Sequence record: OZ374592.1
Length of the DNA stretch: 32,000 nt
Direction: 5' to 3' (one strand)
Shown: positions 1-10,608 of the stretch, in pieces
Position numbering within the stretch: the first letter of the stretch is position 1
How the letters are laid out: each line of letters starts with the position of its first letter
Made by a program: the position numbers and the translations under genes
Notes under the pieces: generated by a model
What the model was told of the DNA's origin: nothing
Seen by the model: the letters and a program-made list of their open reading frames with translations, nothing else
Database searches by the model: none

Positions 1-572
1 ATAAAATCAATCATCTCTACTAAGGAATGCTTACTATCGATAACAGAAAATATAACTAAATTAGAAATTTGAATAATTAAATTCTCTAATAAAATTGAAA
101 CATGCTCTTTAGGAGTTGCAATATTTTCAAAAGCAAACAATTGTTTATTAATATAAGAACAACCAAATATACAATATATTAATAAATACTCCAAGATTAA
201 TTTGTTTTCACATAAAATAGCTTGTACGTAATTATTTTTTTTCATGCCATCATCACAATTATTGATTAAAAATTTAGATGAGAATTGAGTTAAAGATTTT
301 TGTACCAAATCAAATAAAATTTTATGATTTAACAATTTTATATTTTTTACACTTAAATCTAATTCAACAATATCAAGAATTAATACCTCTAATTCAACCA
401 AAATAATAGAAAATAATATACTTTTAGTATAATTATCTAAAAAGTCTATATATAATAAACTATTAGTTTTATTAGGTAAACTGTATAGAAACTTTTGTTT
501 TGTATTAAAAAACAAATTAGCGACTTCATTATTTAATTGTATACTTTGCTCATATGGCCAATAATCTATCAT
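1..572 (-). CDS. Plastid ORF of unassigned family, 5' part only (runs off the left edge); possibly ycf55-like, unverified
   Basis: Absent from the supplied track because its stop lies outside the window. The reverse strand has ATG at 572-570, with an in-frame TAG upstream at 629-627. An uninterrupted 190-codon frame then runs to position 1: MIDYWPYEQSIQLNNEVANLFF...LLENLIIQISNLVIFSVIDSKHSLVEMIDF. A frame this long is unlikely by chance in DNA where stop codons are compositionally favoured. The family guess rests only on remembered red-algal gene order next to ycf54. Confidence 0.6.
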   Translation of the reverse strand, partial: MIDYWPYEQSIQLNNEVANLFFNTKQKFLYSLPNKTNSLLYIDFLDNYTKSILFSIILVELEVLILDIVELDLSVKNIKLLNHKILFDLVQKSLTQFSSKFLINNCDDGMKKNNYVQAILCENKLILEYLLIYCIFGCSYINKQLFAFENIATPKEHVSILLENLIIQISNLVIFSVIDSKHSLVEMIDF

Positions 573-808
573 ACTATTATTATTTATAAATATATTAAAA
601 AAACAATTGAAATGATTTTAACAATAACTAATCATTGTATAATTAATGTACCGCTTTTTATATAAACCAATAATTATTTACAAGATAGTATAAAAAAACC
701 ATATATACAAAATATATGAAATAAAGCATAATACTTGTAAAATATACTAAATCATTGTGCATGATAAACATCAAAAACAAGAATATTATATAAATTATTT
801 ATAACCAT

Positions 809-1102
809 ATGCCTAATTACTATTTTGCAATTGCAAGTCAAAATTTTTTACTTAACGAAGAACCGATAGAAGAAATTTTAAGAGAGCGTACAAATCATTA
901 TAAAAAAATAAATAAAAATTTAGATTTTTGGCTAGTAAAAAATCCAACTTTCATAAATTCACCTAAATTCACACAACTTAAAACACAATTAACTAGCCCT
1001 GCTGCTGCTATAATCTCATTAGATAAACAATTTATACAATGGCTCAACTTAAGAATAGGATTTGTTGCAATAGGTGATTTTGAATCAAAATCATATAAAT
1101 AA
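809..1102 (+). CDS. ycf54: Ycf54 (cyclase-associated assembly factor family, about 100 aa)
   Basis: The 97-aa ORF starts MPNYYFAIASQNFLLNEEPIEEILRERT and ends ...FIQWLNLRIGFVAIGDFES. This closely follows the remembered cyanobacterial/plastid Ycf54 pattern (YYYALASQKFLLEEEP...DFW...WLKLRLEYV..GEF). Confidence 0.85.
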   Translation: MPNYYFAIASQNFLLNEEPIEEILRERTNHYKKINKNLDFWLVKNPTFINSPKFTQLKTQLTSPAAAIISLDKQFIQWLNLRIGFVAIGDFESKSYK

Positions 1103-1131
1103 TTATAAATCCATAAAAAATTCAAATGAAC

Positions 1132-1154
1132 TAAGTCTGCATATATCAGACTTA
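1132..1154. terminator. 8-bp stem-loop between convergent ycf54 and rbcR
   Basis: taagtctg (1132-1139) and cagactta (1147-1154) are perfect reverse complements separated by a 7-nt loop. The right arm overlaps the rbcR stop codon. Function as a 3' end or stability element is inferred. Confidence 0.35.
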
Positions 1155-2102
1155 ATTTTCTAAAAATATTTTCTCTGACGCAGGAGTAACAAATAATGTT
1201 AAAATCTCTTGACTAAAGGTTTCAGCAGCTTTGGATTTATAACGATTAGGATTAACTATTATAGATAACATTCTTTTAATAGTAACATTCTCTATTCTAG
1301 CCCAATGTAAAATACCTAATTCCAATTCTTTAGCAATTGCAGATACAGAAACAAAAGCGGCGCCTAAACCTGATTGAACAGCATTTTTAATTGCTTCTAT
1401 AGAATTTAACTCCATCTCTATCTTAAATCTACTACTATCAATATCATGCTGATTCAAAACTTTATCAATTACCTTACGAATAGTAGATTGAGTATCTAAG
1501 GCTATAAAACGCAATCTATATAAATCTTCTTTTTGTATATCTGAGACTTTGGAAAAAGTATGTGATGTAGGCAAAATTAATGCTAACTCATCTTCTGCAT
1601 ATGAAGTAACTTGTAAAATATCTTTTAGCTCATTTGGTACCTCTCCACCAATTACAGCTAAATCAACTTGGCCATTAGCTACACTCCAAGATATTAATCT
1701 TGTAGAATGCACTTGTAACTGAACATTGACTTGTGGATACCTTTGTCTAAATAAACCTATCAATCGTGGCATTAAATACGTGCCTGTCGTTTGGCTAGCA
1801 CCAATAATTAAAGTTCCTCCCTGTAAATTTTGAACATCTTCTAAAGCTCGGCAAGTTTCCTCGCACAATGCTAAAATTCTACCGCCATATCGAAGTAATA
1901 AATTGCCTGCTTCAGTTAATGTAGCCTTTTTATTAGTCCTTTCAAATAAAGGAATATTAAGCTGTTTTTCCAGGCTTTGAATTTGTAAACTAACAGCAGG
2001 TTGAGATATATACAAACTATCTGCAGCCCTCTTAAAACTACCCTCTTTTATAATGGCTTTTAAAATTCTTAACTGATCTAAGGTAAAAGGCAAATCTCTC
2101 AT
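1152..2102 (-). CDS. rbcR: LysR-family transcriptional regulator (RbcR / ycf30 type)
   Basis: The 316-aa ORF has an N-terminal LysR helix-turn-helix ([50 protein letters not shown]). A substrate-binding-type domain follows. Size and context are typical of red-lineage plastid rbcR. Confidence 0.9.
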   Translation of the reverse strand: MRDLPFTLDQLRILKAIIKEGSFKRAADSLYISQPAVSLQIQSLEKQLNIPLFERTNKKATLTEAGNLLLRYGGRILALCEETCRALEDVQNLQGGTLIIGASQTTGTYLMPRLIGLFRQRYPQVNVQLQVHSTRLISWSVANGQVDLAVIGGEVPNELKDILQVTSYAEDELALILPTSHTFSKVSDIQKEDLYRLRFIALDTQSTIRKVIDKVLNQHDIDSSRFKIEMELNSIEAIKNAVQSGLGAAFVSVSAIAKELELGILHWARIENVTIKRMLSIIVNPNRYKSKAAETFSQEILTLFVTPASEKIFLEN

Positions 2103-2356
2103 ATAAATATTATAATCAAATAAAAGCTAAATTATATTATTTTAATATAGAAGTAATTATTGGTTTATACTATTTACTATAAATATACAATAGTCTTATC
2201 TAGATTATCACTTATAAGTCAAATTTATAGATAAAAATTGTTATGTATAATTAATAATATACTAATAGTACATTATAATAATGAGAAGACAGATTAACAA
2301 ATTTCTTGAAATTATAATATAATTTAATCGTTTAATAAGTTAAGGAATAAAAGAAT

Positions 2357-2461
2357 ATGGATATAAGACTACTCATAGTATTAACACCTGTTTTAGCTGC
2401 TGGCTCATGGGCTTTATATAATATTGGTAGAGTGGCTATACAACAATTTCGTAGTATGTAA
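2357..2461 (+). CDS. psbY: Photosystem II protein Y
   Basis: Not in the ORF track because it is only 34 aa. My translation is [34 protein letters not shown]. It is a single hydrophobic helix with the PsbY-like LPVLAA.W....I pattern, followed by a 13-bp hairpin. Confidence 0.8.
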   Translation: MDIRLLIVLTPVLAAGSWALYNIGRVAIQQFRSM

Positions 2462-2472
2462 ATAATACACTA

Positions 2473-2510
2473 TAACATAAGAAATATGATACACATAATT
2501 TCTTATGTTA
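2473..2510 (+). terminator. 13-bp perfect stem-loop just downstream of psbY
   Basis: taacataagaaat (2473-2485) pairs perfectly with atttcttatgtta (2498-2510) around a 12-nt loop. Confidence 0.45.
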
Positions 2511-2615
2511 AATAAAAAGTTCAAATAATAAAAATATAACTTTTATACTTTCCATATAAAATAAATAATTTTATAATTAAAATAAAATTATTATTATATT
2601 AACAAAGATCAATAT

Positions 2616-2783
2616 ATGGCTGTTCCTAAAAAGCGTACCTCAAAGCAAAAATCAAAATCAAGAAAATCTAATTGGAAGCGTGAAGCATACTTCCAAAGTC
2701 AAAAATCCTTATCTTTAGCTAAATCTTTATTAACAGGCAAATCTAATAGTTTCATTTATATTAACAATAGTGACAGAGATTAA
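2616..2783 (+). CDS. rpl32: 50S ribosomal protein L32
   Basis: Not in the ORF track because it is only 55 aa. My translation is [55 protein letters not shown]. The [11 protein letters not shown]-terminus is diagnostic of L32. Confidence 0.9.
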   Translation: MAVPKKRTSKQKSKSRKSNWKREAYFQSQKSLSLAKSLLTGKSNSFIYINNSDRD

Positions 2784-2835
2784 TTACGTCTAAACATTTA
2801 TTTAACAGATATTACAAGAATTCAAATATTAAATA

Positions 2836-3516
2836 ATGGAGATAATCAATCTAACACGCGAACAACCATTCGGGCTCATAAAAAGGACCTGTTTTGCTTT
2901 TAATTTAAAATTTTTGAAAGAAGTTTGGATCTTTAATTGCTGTCAAGGATGTCAACATAAAATAGGTACAACAAATATTAAATTTAGCCAAATTTCAAAA
3001 ATTATAATAACAGATTTACATATAAAAAATGTATCCGGCTTACTAGGATTATTATCTACATTAAGCTTAATAAAAAGAACAAAAGCACTGCATATATATT
3101 CTCCTAAAGGGCTAGAAAAATATTTAGAGCTAGGAACAAAATATTCAAAAACAAATTTCAGATATAATTTATATTTTCATATTTTAAAAACAGGTCTTAT
3201 AATTAGGAATGATTTGTATCAAATATATGCTTTTGCAAATAAAATGAGATTTGAATTTCTAATTTTTTTTCAAGAGCAGTCTGGAAAATTCAAGCTCAAT
3301 AAAGCAAAAAATTTTAATATAATACAAGGCCCATTATATGGTAAATTAAAAAAAGGCTTTAATCTTTTATTGCCAGATGGTTTAATTTTAGACGGGAAAC
3401 ATTTTAAAGGCATAAATAAATCAGGTGAAAAATTACTATTAATAGATAAAAAGTATCACAATAGAAACTCAGTAGAAAATAGCAAACAGTGTCAAAAGAT
3501 ACAACTTTTATTATAA
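2836..3516 (+). CDS. RNase Z-like (metallo-beta-lactamase fold) protein, short and with a degenerate catalytic motif; likely the red-algal plastid rnz/ycf56 locus (name from memory)
   Basis: The 226-aa ORF has three segments matching remembered RNase Z consensus. VWIFNCCQGCQHKI resembles WLFDCGEGTQHQ. IYSPKGLEKYLE resembles VYGPxGlxxfl. GPLYGKLKKG resembles GPxyxxlKxG. The HxHxDH position reads ITDLHIKN, and the C-terminal third is absent. Confidence 0.65.
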   Translation: MEIINLTREQPFGLIKRTCFAFNLKFLKEVWIFNCCQGCQHKIGTTNIKFSQISKIIITDLHIKNVSGLLGLLSTLSLIKRTKALHIYSPKGLEKYLELGTKYSKTNFRYNLYFHILKTGLIIRNDLYQIYAFANKMRFEFLIFFQEQSGKFKLNKAKNFNIIQGPLYGKLKKGFNLLLPDGLILDGKHFKGINKSGEKLLLIDKKYHNRNSVENSKQCQKIQLLL

Positions 3517-3583
3517 AATGCAAAATTAGATTATTATTATTCTAAAAAAAATATCAATAAATTATATAAAACTTTTAAATATT

Positions 3584-3898
3584 ATGACGTATGCAATTGT
3601 TGAAGCTAATGGGACACAAATATGGATTGAAGAGGGAAAATTTTATGATGTCAATTATATTAATGGTGAACCTGGAGATACTATAAAACTGAACCGTGTA
3701 CTATTATTGAATAAAGAAAATAAAATAAGTATAGGGCATCCATGCATTAATAATACCTATATAAAAGCAAAAATATTAAAACACTTAAAAAGTAAAAAAA
3801 TTACTGTTTTTAAAATGAAACCTAAAAAAAATATGAAATCTAAACAAGGTCACAGGCAAAAACTGACTAGACTATTAATACAAAACATTATTACATAA
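3584..3898 (+). CDS. rpl21: 50S ribosomal protein L21
   Basis: The 104-aa ORF starts MTYAIVEANGTQIWIEEGKFYDV and contains ...GHRQKLTRLLI, a typical L21 pattern. Confidence 0.9.
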   Translation: MTYAIVEANGTQIWIEEGKFYDVNYINGEPGDTIKLNRVLLLNKENKISIGHPCINNTYIKAKILKHLKSKKITVFKMKPKKNMKSKQGHRQKLTRLLIQNIIT

Positions 3899-3921
3899 TT
3901 AACTAACCTAAAAAAAATTTT

Positions 3922-4176
3922 ATGGCACACAAAAAAGGAAGCGGAAGTACTAAAAACGGCAGAGACTCTAATTCCAAAAGATTAGGAATTAAAAAATATG
4001 GTGGAGAAGCTGTAATTATAGGTAATATATTAATAAGACAAAGAGGTAGTGAATTTAAAGCTGGTGATAATGTAAAAATGGGGAAAGATTATACGCTTTT
4101 TGCAATGCAAGACGGCATAGTTAAATTTAAACGAAAAAACAAGAAAAACAAAATTGTAAACGTTTACCCAATTTAA
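3922..4176 (+). CDS. rpl27: 50S ribosomal protein L27
   Basis: The 84-aa ORF starts [29 protein letters not shown] and contains ...[11 protein letters not shown], the canonical L27 sequence. Confidence 0.95.
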   Translation: MAHKKGSGSTKNGRDSNSKRLGIKKYGGEAVIIGNILIRQRGSEFKAGDNVKMGKDYTLFAMQDGIVKFKRKNKKNKIVNVYPI

Positions 4177-4241
4177 ATACACACTTAATTGAATTATGCA
4201 AACGTATTTTTATTATTACTACTTTTAGCTATATTTTAAAA

Positions 4242-5705
4242 ATGGTCAAAAAAATTGTAATTTCTCGTTTTAATAATATAGCAGCAATTTTACAAAATAA
4301 TAGAATACAAGAACTTATTATTGTCAATAATGCCTATCAAGTTAATGATATATATATAGGCATTGTACAAAAAATTTTCTCTAGTATCAATGCCGCTTTT
4401 GTAAAACTGGGCCATGATGGAAAAAGTGGCTTTATACATATAACTGATATAAAGCCTTTAAAAAAAGGCCGAAATGTAAAACATATTACAGAAATATTAT
4501 CAATAAACCAAGCAATTTTAGTACAAATTATCAAAGAACCTACTCTAAATAAAGGTCCTAGACTAACAGCAAATATTAGTTTATCTAGCAGATATATCGT
4601 ATTAATGCCTTTCTGTAATACTGTATGTATATCTCAAAAAATTCTTGATAAAAATCAACGGCTGTATCTTCATTCTTTAGCTATTTTACTGAAACCAGCA
4701 ACAATGGGTATTTTAGTAAGATCTGCTGCACAGGGTATATCAGAGGAAGCTATTTTAGAAGATCTAAAAAATTTAAAAAAACAATGGTATTTTATTCAAA
4801 AAATAGCTATTTCTACAAGATTTCCTTCATTAATATATAAAGATGAAGATTTAATAAAAAAAGTTATACAAGATTTTTATGAATCATGCATTGAAAAAAT
4901 TATAATTGATTCAGAGGATGGATTAAAACAAATAAAATATTATTTAATGAAATGGAAATGCATCAAACAAATTAATACACTGAAATTACAATTATATAAT
5001 AAGCCTGAATATCTCTTAGAAAGATTTCAAATAAAAAATACTATATATGAAGCATTAAAACCAAAAGTCAAGCTTACTTCAGGTGGGTATCTGATTATTG
5101 ATAATAATGAAGCAATGACAGTAATTGATGTAAACTCAGGATCATTCAATAAATCTGATAATTCTCGAGAAACTATTTTAAAAACAAATTTTTATGCAGC
5201 TATTGAAATAGCATACCAACTTAAAATACGCAATATAAATGGAGTGATTATCATTGATTTTATAGACATGCAATCACAAAAAGATCAGTTACAATTATTA
5301 GAACATTTCAATCAATTGCTTCAATTAGATAATGCTAAGCCTAAAATTATTCAATTATCAGAATTAGGGTTAGTAGAGTTAACAAGAAGACGCAGAGGAC
5401 AAAGTTTACAAGAATTAGTAAATAGTAAAAACCATTCTTATATTAATATTGATAAAAATTTAAGTTTTCAATATAATCAAAATAATATATGGGAAAATCA
5501 ATTTGTTATTCATAAAAAGATAAAGTCTTTATTTTTTAAAAAAACATTTGAGAATAATATTACACTAGGCAATAAGAAATTTAATAATAATAAATGCTTA
5601 AATCCTAAATTTTTTTTACATTTAGATAAGCTACAAACTATTAGCTTTATCTATCCTAAAAAAAATTATATTGTGCCTCTATTATTTTATTCAACAGTTA
5701 TTTAA
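4242..5705 (+). CDS. rne: Ribonuclease E/G family endoribonuclease
   Basis: The 487-aa ORF has an S1-like N-terminus (IYIGIVQKIFSSINAAFVKLGHDGKSGFIHITDI). It also has the catalytic-core motifs MTVIDVNSGSF and LSELGLVELTRRRRGQSL. It is co-oriented with rpl21-rpl27. Confidence 0.85.
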   Translation: MVKKIVISRFNNIAAILQNNRIQELIIVNNAYQVNDIYIGIVQKIFSSINAAFVKLGHDGKSGFIHITDIKPLKKGRNVKHITEILSINQAILVQIIKEPTLNKGPRLTANISLSSRYIVLMPFCNTVCISQKILDKNQRLYLHSLAILLKPATMGILVRSAAQGISEEAILEDLKNLKKQWYFIQKIAISTRFPSLIYKDEDLIKKVIQDFYESCIEKIIIDSEDGLKQIKYYLMKWKCIKQINTLKLQLYNKPEYLLERFQIKNTIYEALKPKVKLTSGGYLIIDNNEAMTVIDVNSGSFNKSDNSRETILKTNFYAAIEIAYQLKIRNINGVIIIDFIDMQSQKDQLQLLEHFNQLLQLDNAKPKIIQLSELGLVELTRRRRGQSLQELVNSKNHSYINIDKNLSFQYNQNNIWENQFVIHKKIKSLFFKKTFENNITLGNKKFNNNKCLNPKFFLHLDKLQTISFIYPKKNYIVPLLFYSTVI

Positions 5706-5723
5706 AAAATTCTCTTAATACAA

Positions 5724-5757
5724 AAAAGAAACAACTATAGATTAAGTTGTTTCTTTT
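5724..5757. terminator. 12-bp perfect stem-loop between convergent rne and psbA
   Basis: aaaagaaacaac (5724-5735) pairs perfectly with gttgtttctttt (5746-5757) around a 10-nt loop. It lies 19 nt after the rne stop and 46 nt after the psbA stop, so it could serve either transcript. Confidence 0.5.
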
Positions 5758-5802
5758 GGTTACAAATTTAAGTTAAATCACTACTAATTAAATTTACTAA
5801 AA

Positions 5803-6930
<1,128 letters not shown>

Positions 6931-6963
6931 TTACAGTATTACTTTTTCATACTTGTTGAATAT

Positions 6964-6993
6964 ATTATTACAAGTTTTTGTGCACTATGTAAA
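6964..6993 (-). promoter_or_regulatory. Candidate sigma70-type psbA promoter
   Basis: The reverse strand reads TTTACA (6993-6988), an 18-nt spacer, then AATAAT (6969-6964). A TG at 6972-6971 precedes the -10 element, giving an extended -10-like TGTAATAAT. The site is about 78 nt upstream of the psbA ATG. Hexamer matches are easy to find in AT-rich DNA. Confidence 0.3.
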
Positions 6994-7179
6994 GTCTTTT
7001 ATAAAATATCTTATAAAAGTTCAGTAAGTTAAAAAATAAAATACTTGACGTTTAAGACTTTATAAATAACACTATTATTAATAATAAATAGCTTTATTTT
7101 TAAGCTAATTCAAACAAGCATATGTATTATTATAAATAATTTGAATTATATCTAACTAATCATTGCAAATAAAAAAGGT

Positions 7180-7536
7180 ATGTCACACTTAAGTAAAATT
7201 AAAACACAGATTACAAATACAAAAATCTTGCAAAAAACACTTGATGACTTAAATTTCATGTATGAATATGAAGATAAGGATTATCCTGATATTTTAGTTC
7301 AAGACTCCTTCATGAATAAGTTTGAATTAAATTGGGATGGAAAGAAATATTCATTAATAGCAGATTTAGAATTATGGAATAAAAATATCAATATAGAAAG
7401 ATTAATAGAAAAAATAACACAACAGTATTCATATAATTCCATAATAGACACAAGCTATAAAGAAGGCTTTCACAATATTAGTACTGATATTATGCAAGAC
7501 GGCTCAATTAAACTTATACTTCAAAGATGGGCATAA
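7180..7536 (+). CDS. ycf35: Ycf35 (DUF1257-type conserved plastid/cyanobacterial protein)
   Basis: The 118-aa ORF starts MSHLSKIKTQITNTKILQKTLDDLNF, matching the remembered ycf35 N-terminus (MSHFSxIKTxIxxxxxLxKxLxDL). Confidence 0.75.
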   Translation: MSHLSKIKTQITNTKILQKTLDDLNFMYEYEDKDYPDILVQDSFMNKFELNWDGKKYSLIADLELWNKNINIERLIEKITQQYSYNSIIDTSYKEGFHNISTDIMQDGSIKLILQRWA

Positions 7537-7570
7537 TCTATAATAATTTATAAAATTAATATTATTTTAA

Positions 7571-7653
7571 TGCGGACGGAGAGACTTGAACTCTCACGAG
7601 ATAATCTCACTAGAACCTAAATCTAGCGTGTCTACCAATTCCACCACGTCCGC
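7571..7653 (-). tRNA. trnL: tRNA-Leu(UAG)
   Basis: The reverse complement is GCGGACG-TG-...CTAGA-TTTAGGT-TCTAG-long variable arm-GAGAG-TTCAAGT-CTCTC-CGTCCGC-A. It is 83 nt with a perfect acceptor stem, a class II variable arm and anticodon UAG. Confidence 0.9.
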
Positions 7654-7796
7654 ATAGTAATTATATAATGTTCAACAAAGCCATATTATCAAAAACAGTA
7701 TAAAAATACAAGTATAATATGACTTAAATAAAAACTTGTAGTCATAGTACATTTTTGTTATACTTGTTACTGTAAAATGTATATTAATATATATAT

Positions 7797-7868
7797 TCCT
7801 CAGTAGCTCAGTGGTAGAGCGATCGGCTGTTAACCGATTGGTCGTAGGTTCAAGTCCTTCCTGGGGAG
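7797..7868 (+). tRNA. trnN: tRNA-Asn(GUU)
   Basis: TCCTCAGTAGCTCAGTGGTAGAGCGATCGGCTGTTAACCGATTGGTCGTAGGTTCAAGTCCTTCCTGGGGAG, 72 nt. The anticodon loop is CTGTTAA. My fold shows one U-U mismatch in the T stem. Confidence 0.88.
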
Positions 7869-7923
7869 GTTATTCTAAGCTCAATAAAATAAAATAATAT
7901 ATAATTTTCATGTAGAATTAAAA

Positions 7924-8658
7924 ATGTTCATCATGCACCATTTATTAAATATCATAGAAATAAAATTTTATTACCTTCAACAAAATATTTATTACAATAT
8001 CGCACATCAATTAAACAATTTTAATATATCTATTATTATTATATTATTAATTAGTGGAATATTTACAAGTATTAATCCTTGTCTAATTTCGACAATACCT
8101 TTAGGAATATCATATGCGATAGAATCAAAATTAAACAATAAAAACAAACTTGTCTTTATATCCGGTTTAATAAGCAGTATTTTCATTGTCATTATTTTAA
8201 CTTTCATATTAAATAATTATTGTCAATATATAATTAAAAATATACCTATTTTATCATCCATATTTATGATTCTTATAGGGCTAAATTTATTAAAAGTGAT
8301 CTATATACAATTAAAATACTTTAATAATAATCCATTAAAAATGTGGACACATGAATATACATATAAAGATTATATTACTGGTTTTATCATAGGCCTTAGT
8401 TCATCTACTTGTAGTACACCAATTATAATAACTATTATATTCTGGATATCCTATTCTCGCCAGACATTTATAGGCATTATTTATATATGCTGTTATTTCA
8501 TTGGCTATATACTTCCATTATTATTAATAGTTAATTTAACCATAAATTCAATAAAATTAGATATAGTTAATAAGATTTGGAACTATACAATACCATTTAG
8601 TGGCTCTATAATATTAGGATTAGGTATTTTCTCTTTATTAGATAAAATTTTTATTTAA
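7924..8658 (+). CDS. ccdA: Cytochrome c biogenesis thiol-disulfide transporter CcdA/DsbD-like
   Basis: The 244-aa polytopic membrane ORF carries the CcdA-type motif FTSINPCLISTIPLGISY and a second conserved STCSTP segment. It lies immediately upstream of ccs1. The exact start is uncertain. Confidence 0.8.
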   Translation: MFIMHHLLNIIEIKFYYLQQNIYYNIAHQLNNFNISIIIILLISGIFTSINPCLISTIPLGISYAIESKLNNKNKLVFISGLISSIFIVIILTFILNNYCQYIIKNIPILSSIFMILIGLNLLKVIYIQLKYFNNNPLKMWTHEYTYKDYITGFIIGLSSSTCSTPIIITIIFWISYSRQTFIGIIYICCYFIGYILPLLLIVNLTINSIKLDIVNKIWNYTIPFSGSIILGLGIFSLLDKIFI

Positions 8659-8680
8659 AAAAATATATAAATTATCAAAT

Positions 8681-9982
8681 ATGGCATCTATAAAAAATAA
8701 AAATATAATTTGGCTACTTACAAAAAAATTAAGCAATCTAAATACATCTATAATTATTTTTCTTATAATATCAGCTGTTAGTATATTAGGTACAATTATT
8801 GAACAAGACCAGAACTTAAACTATTATCAAATAAACTACCCAACAGTTAATAATTACATGATTAAGATTAATTGGCAATTAATTATAAAATTAGGATTGG
8901 ATCACATATATGCTACATGGTGGTTTTTGTCATTACTAATCTTATTTTTTTTAAGTTTAATTATTTGTACTTTTTCACGTCAATTGCCGAGTTTAAGAAA
9001 TGCAAGAAATTGGAAATTTAAACAACAATTAAGTAAAAATCAAAATTCATATGCTATTAAATTAAATACTAAACAAGGATTATCTAATATAATCTATTGT
9101 TTAAATTCAAAGCATTATTATGTTTTCAATAAAAGACAAAATATTTATGGTTATAAAGGATTAATAGGAAGAATAGCACCTGTGTTTGTTCATGTGAGTA
9201 TTATTTTAACGTTAACAGGATCGATAATAGGGTTATTTAATGGCTTTATGACCCAGCAAATGATACCAAATGGTGAAATTTTTCATATTCAAAATATAAT
9301 AAAATCTGGTTTTAGCAGTAATATACCAAATGAAATAATAGGTAAAATTAATAATTTTACTATTGAATACAATTCAAATAACTCAATTAAGCAATTTTAT
9401 TCAGATATATCATTATTGAATAACAAAGGAGAGTCTATTAAGAGGCAAACTATTTCTGTTAATTACCCGCTTCAATTTAAAGGACTTACATTTTACCAAA
9501 CAGATTGGCAAATCAACGGTATAAGATTACAAATCAATAATCATCAGATTATACAAGAAACATTAGAGAAGAGCCAAGTAAACAATACTAAAATTTGGGT
9601 ATATAAACTGCCAATAAATAAAAATGATTATATTGCCTTGATCATCACGGGACTAAATAATAAAATTTTATTATACAATTCTTCTGGCAACCTAATTAAA
9701 GCAATTAATCTATATGACAAGATACAAATTAATAATAAAACTATCAGAATAGAAGAGATTATGGTAAGCACAGGCCTACAAATAAAAACCGATCCGGGTA
9801 TTTTATTCGTTTATATAGGATTTCTCATCTTAATTATAAGTATTGGTACAAGCTATTTATCATATTCACAAATCTGGGTATCCAATCAAAAAACTTTATT
9901 AACGATAAAAGGTATAACCAATAGAGCAAAATTAACCTTAGAAGAAGATTTAATTTATATTCAAAGAAAATATAATCAATAA
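8681..9982 (+). CDS. ccs1: Cytochrome c biogenesis protein Ccs1 (ResB-like, ycf44)
   Basis: The 433-aa ORF has the ResB-type N-terminus (LSNLNTSIIIFLIISAVSILGTIIEQ). It has a large soluble middle region and a C-terminal TM segment after YQTDWQ / GLQIKTDPG. Confidence 0.85.
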   Translation: MASIKNKNIIWLLTKKLSNLNTSIIIFLIISAVSILGTIIEQDQNLNYYQINYPTVNNYMIKINWQLIIKLGLDHIYATWWFLSLLILFFLSLIICTFSRQLPSLRNARNWKFKQQLSKNQNSYAIKLNTKQGLSNIIYCLNSKHYYVFNKRQNIYGYKGLIGRIAPVFVHVSIILTLTGSIIGLFNGFMTQQMIPNGEIFHIQNIIKSGFSSNIPNEIIGKINNFTIEYNSNNSIKQFYSDISLLNNKGESIKRQTISVNYPLQFKGLTFYQTDWQINGIRLQINNHQIIQETLEKSQVNNTKIWVYKLPINKNDYIALIITGLNNKILLYNSSGNLIKAINLYDKIQINNKTIRIEEIMVSTGLQIKTDPGILFVYIGFLILIISIGTSYLSYSQIWVSNQKTLLTIKGITNRAKLTLEEDLIYIQRKYNQ

Positions 9983-10012
9983 TATCTATTAAAATTAATA
10001 AATATACAAAAT

Positions 10013-10579
10013 TTACTTTAATAAAAAGTTTTCTATTATTAATTTACCTTGTTGTGTCCATAAACTTTCTGGATGAAATTGTATACCTCTAAGTAATGAA
10101 TACTTCTTATGACGACACCCCATAATGACACCGTCATTAGTCCACGCAGTAACTTCTATATCCTGAGATAAATTATTTTTATCAATTACTAAACTATGAT
10201 AACGAGCAGCTAAAAAAGGATTAGGTAAATTGGCAAATATATCCATGTCATTATGCAATACTAGACTAACCTTCCCATGCACAGGTGTATTCAACTGCTT
10301 AATATTACTACCATATACATAACCTATACTTTGATGCCCTAAACATACACCTAAAATAGGTATTCTATGAGCAAAATTTTCTATCAACTTTAATGAAATA
10401 CCGCTTTCAGTAGGATTACCTGGACCTGGTGATAATATTATATGACTAGGATTGAATAAAGAGATATCTTCAAGAGAAATTTCATCATTTCTACTTACTT
10501 GAATATCAAAACCTAGTTCCCCAACATATTGCACTAAATTTTGTGTAAAACTATCGTAATTATCTATTATTAAAATCAT
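10013..10579 (-). CDS. trpG: Anthranilate synthase component II / glutamine amidotransferase
   Basis: The 188-aa ORF starts MILIIDNYDSFTQNLVQYVGELG. It contains ...ILGVCLGHQSIG (catalytic Cys) and ...GIQFHPES (His/Glu). This is a class I GATase of TrpG/PabA type. Confidence 0.92.
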   Translation of the reverse strand: MILIIDNYDSFTQNLVQYVGELGFDIQVSRNDEISLEDISLFNPSHIILSPGPGNPTESGISLKLIENFAHRIPILGVCLGHQSIGYVYGSNIKQLNTPVHGKVSLVLHNDMDIFANLPNPFLAARYHSLVIDKNNLSQDIEVTAWTNDGVIMGCRHKKYSLLRGIQFHPESLWTQQGKLIIENFLLK

Positions 10580-10608
10580 ATAAACCTCTACAAAATATAA
10601 CTAAATTA

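Noticed and set aside
898-1125. 75-aa ORF antisense to ycf54. The same applies to 4337-4534, 6641-6910, 8007-8207, 10985-11263, 17742-17948, 18111-18497, 22271-22459, 22472-22738, 23115-23303, 27405-27689, 28450-28668 and 30764-30952
   Set aside because: All are embedded antisense in genes with clear homology, or overlap them. They have no motifs, and a compact plastome gives no reason to expect nested genes.
6986-7000. The psbA -35 region, TTTACATA on the reverse strand, resembles one half of an HLR1 (RpaB/ycf27) binding site
   Set aside because: HLR1 needs two direct repeats 10 nt apart. The segment 10 nt upstream (TATAAAAG) matches only about 5 of 8 positions, which is too weak to claim in AT-rich sequence.
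7045-7075. TTGACG followed by TATAAA on the plus strand, considered as a ycf35 promoter
   Set aside because: The spacing between the hexamers is about 10 nt rather than 16-18 nt, so they do not form a sigma70-type promoter.
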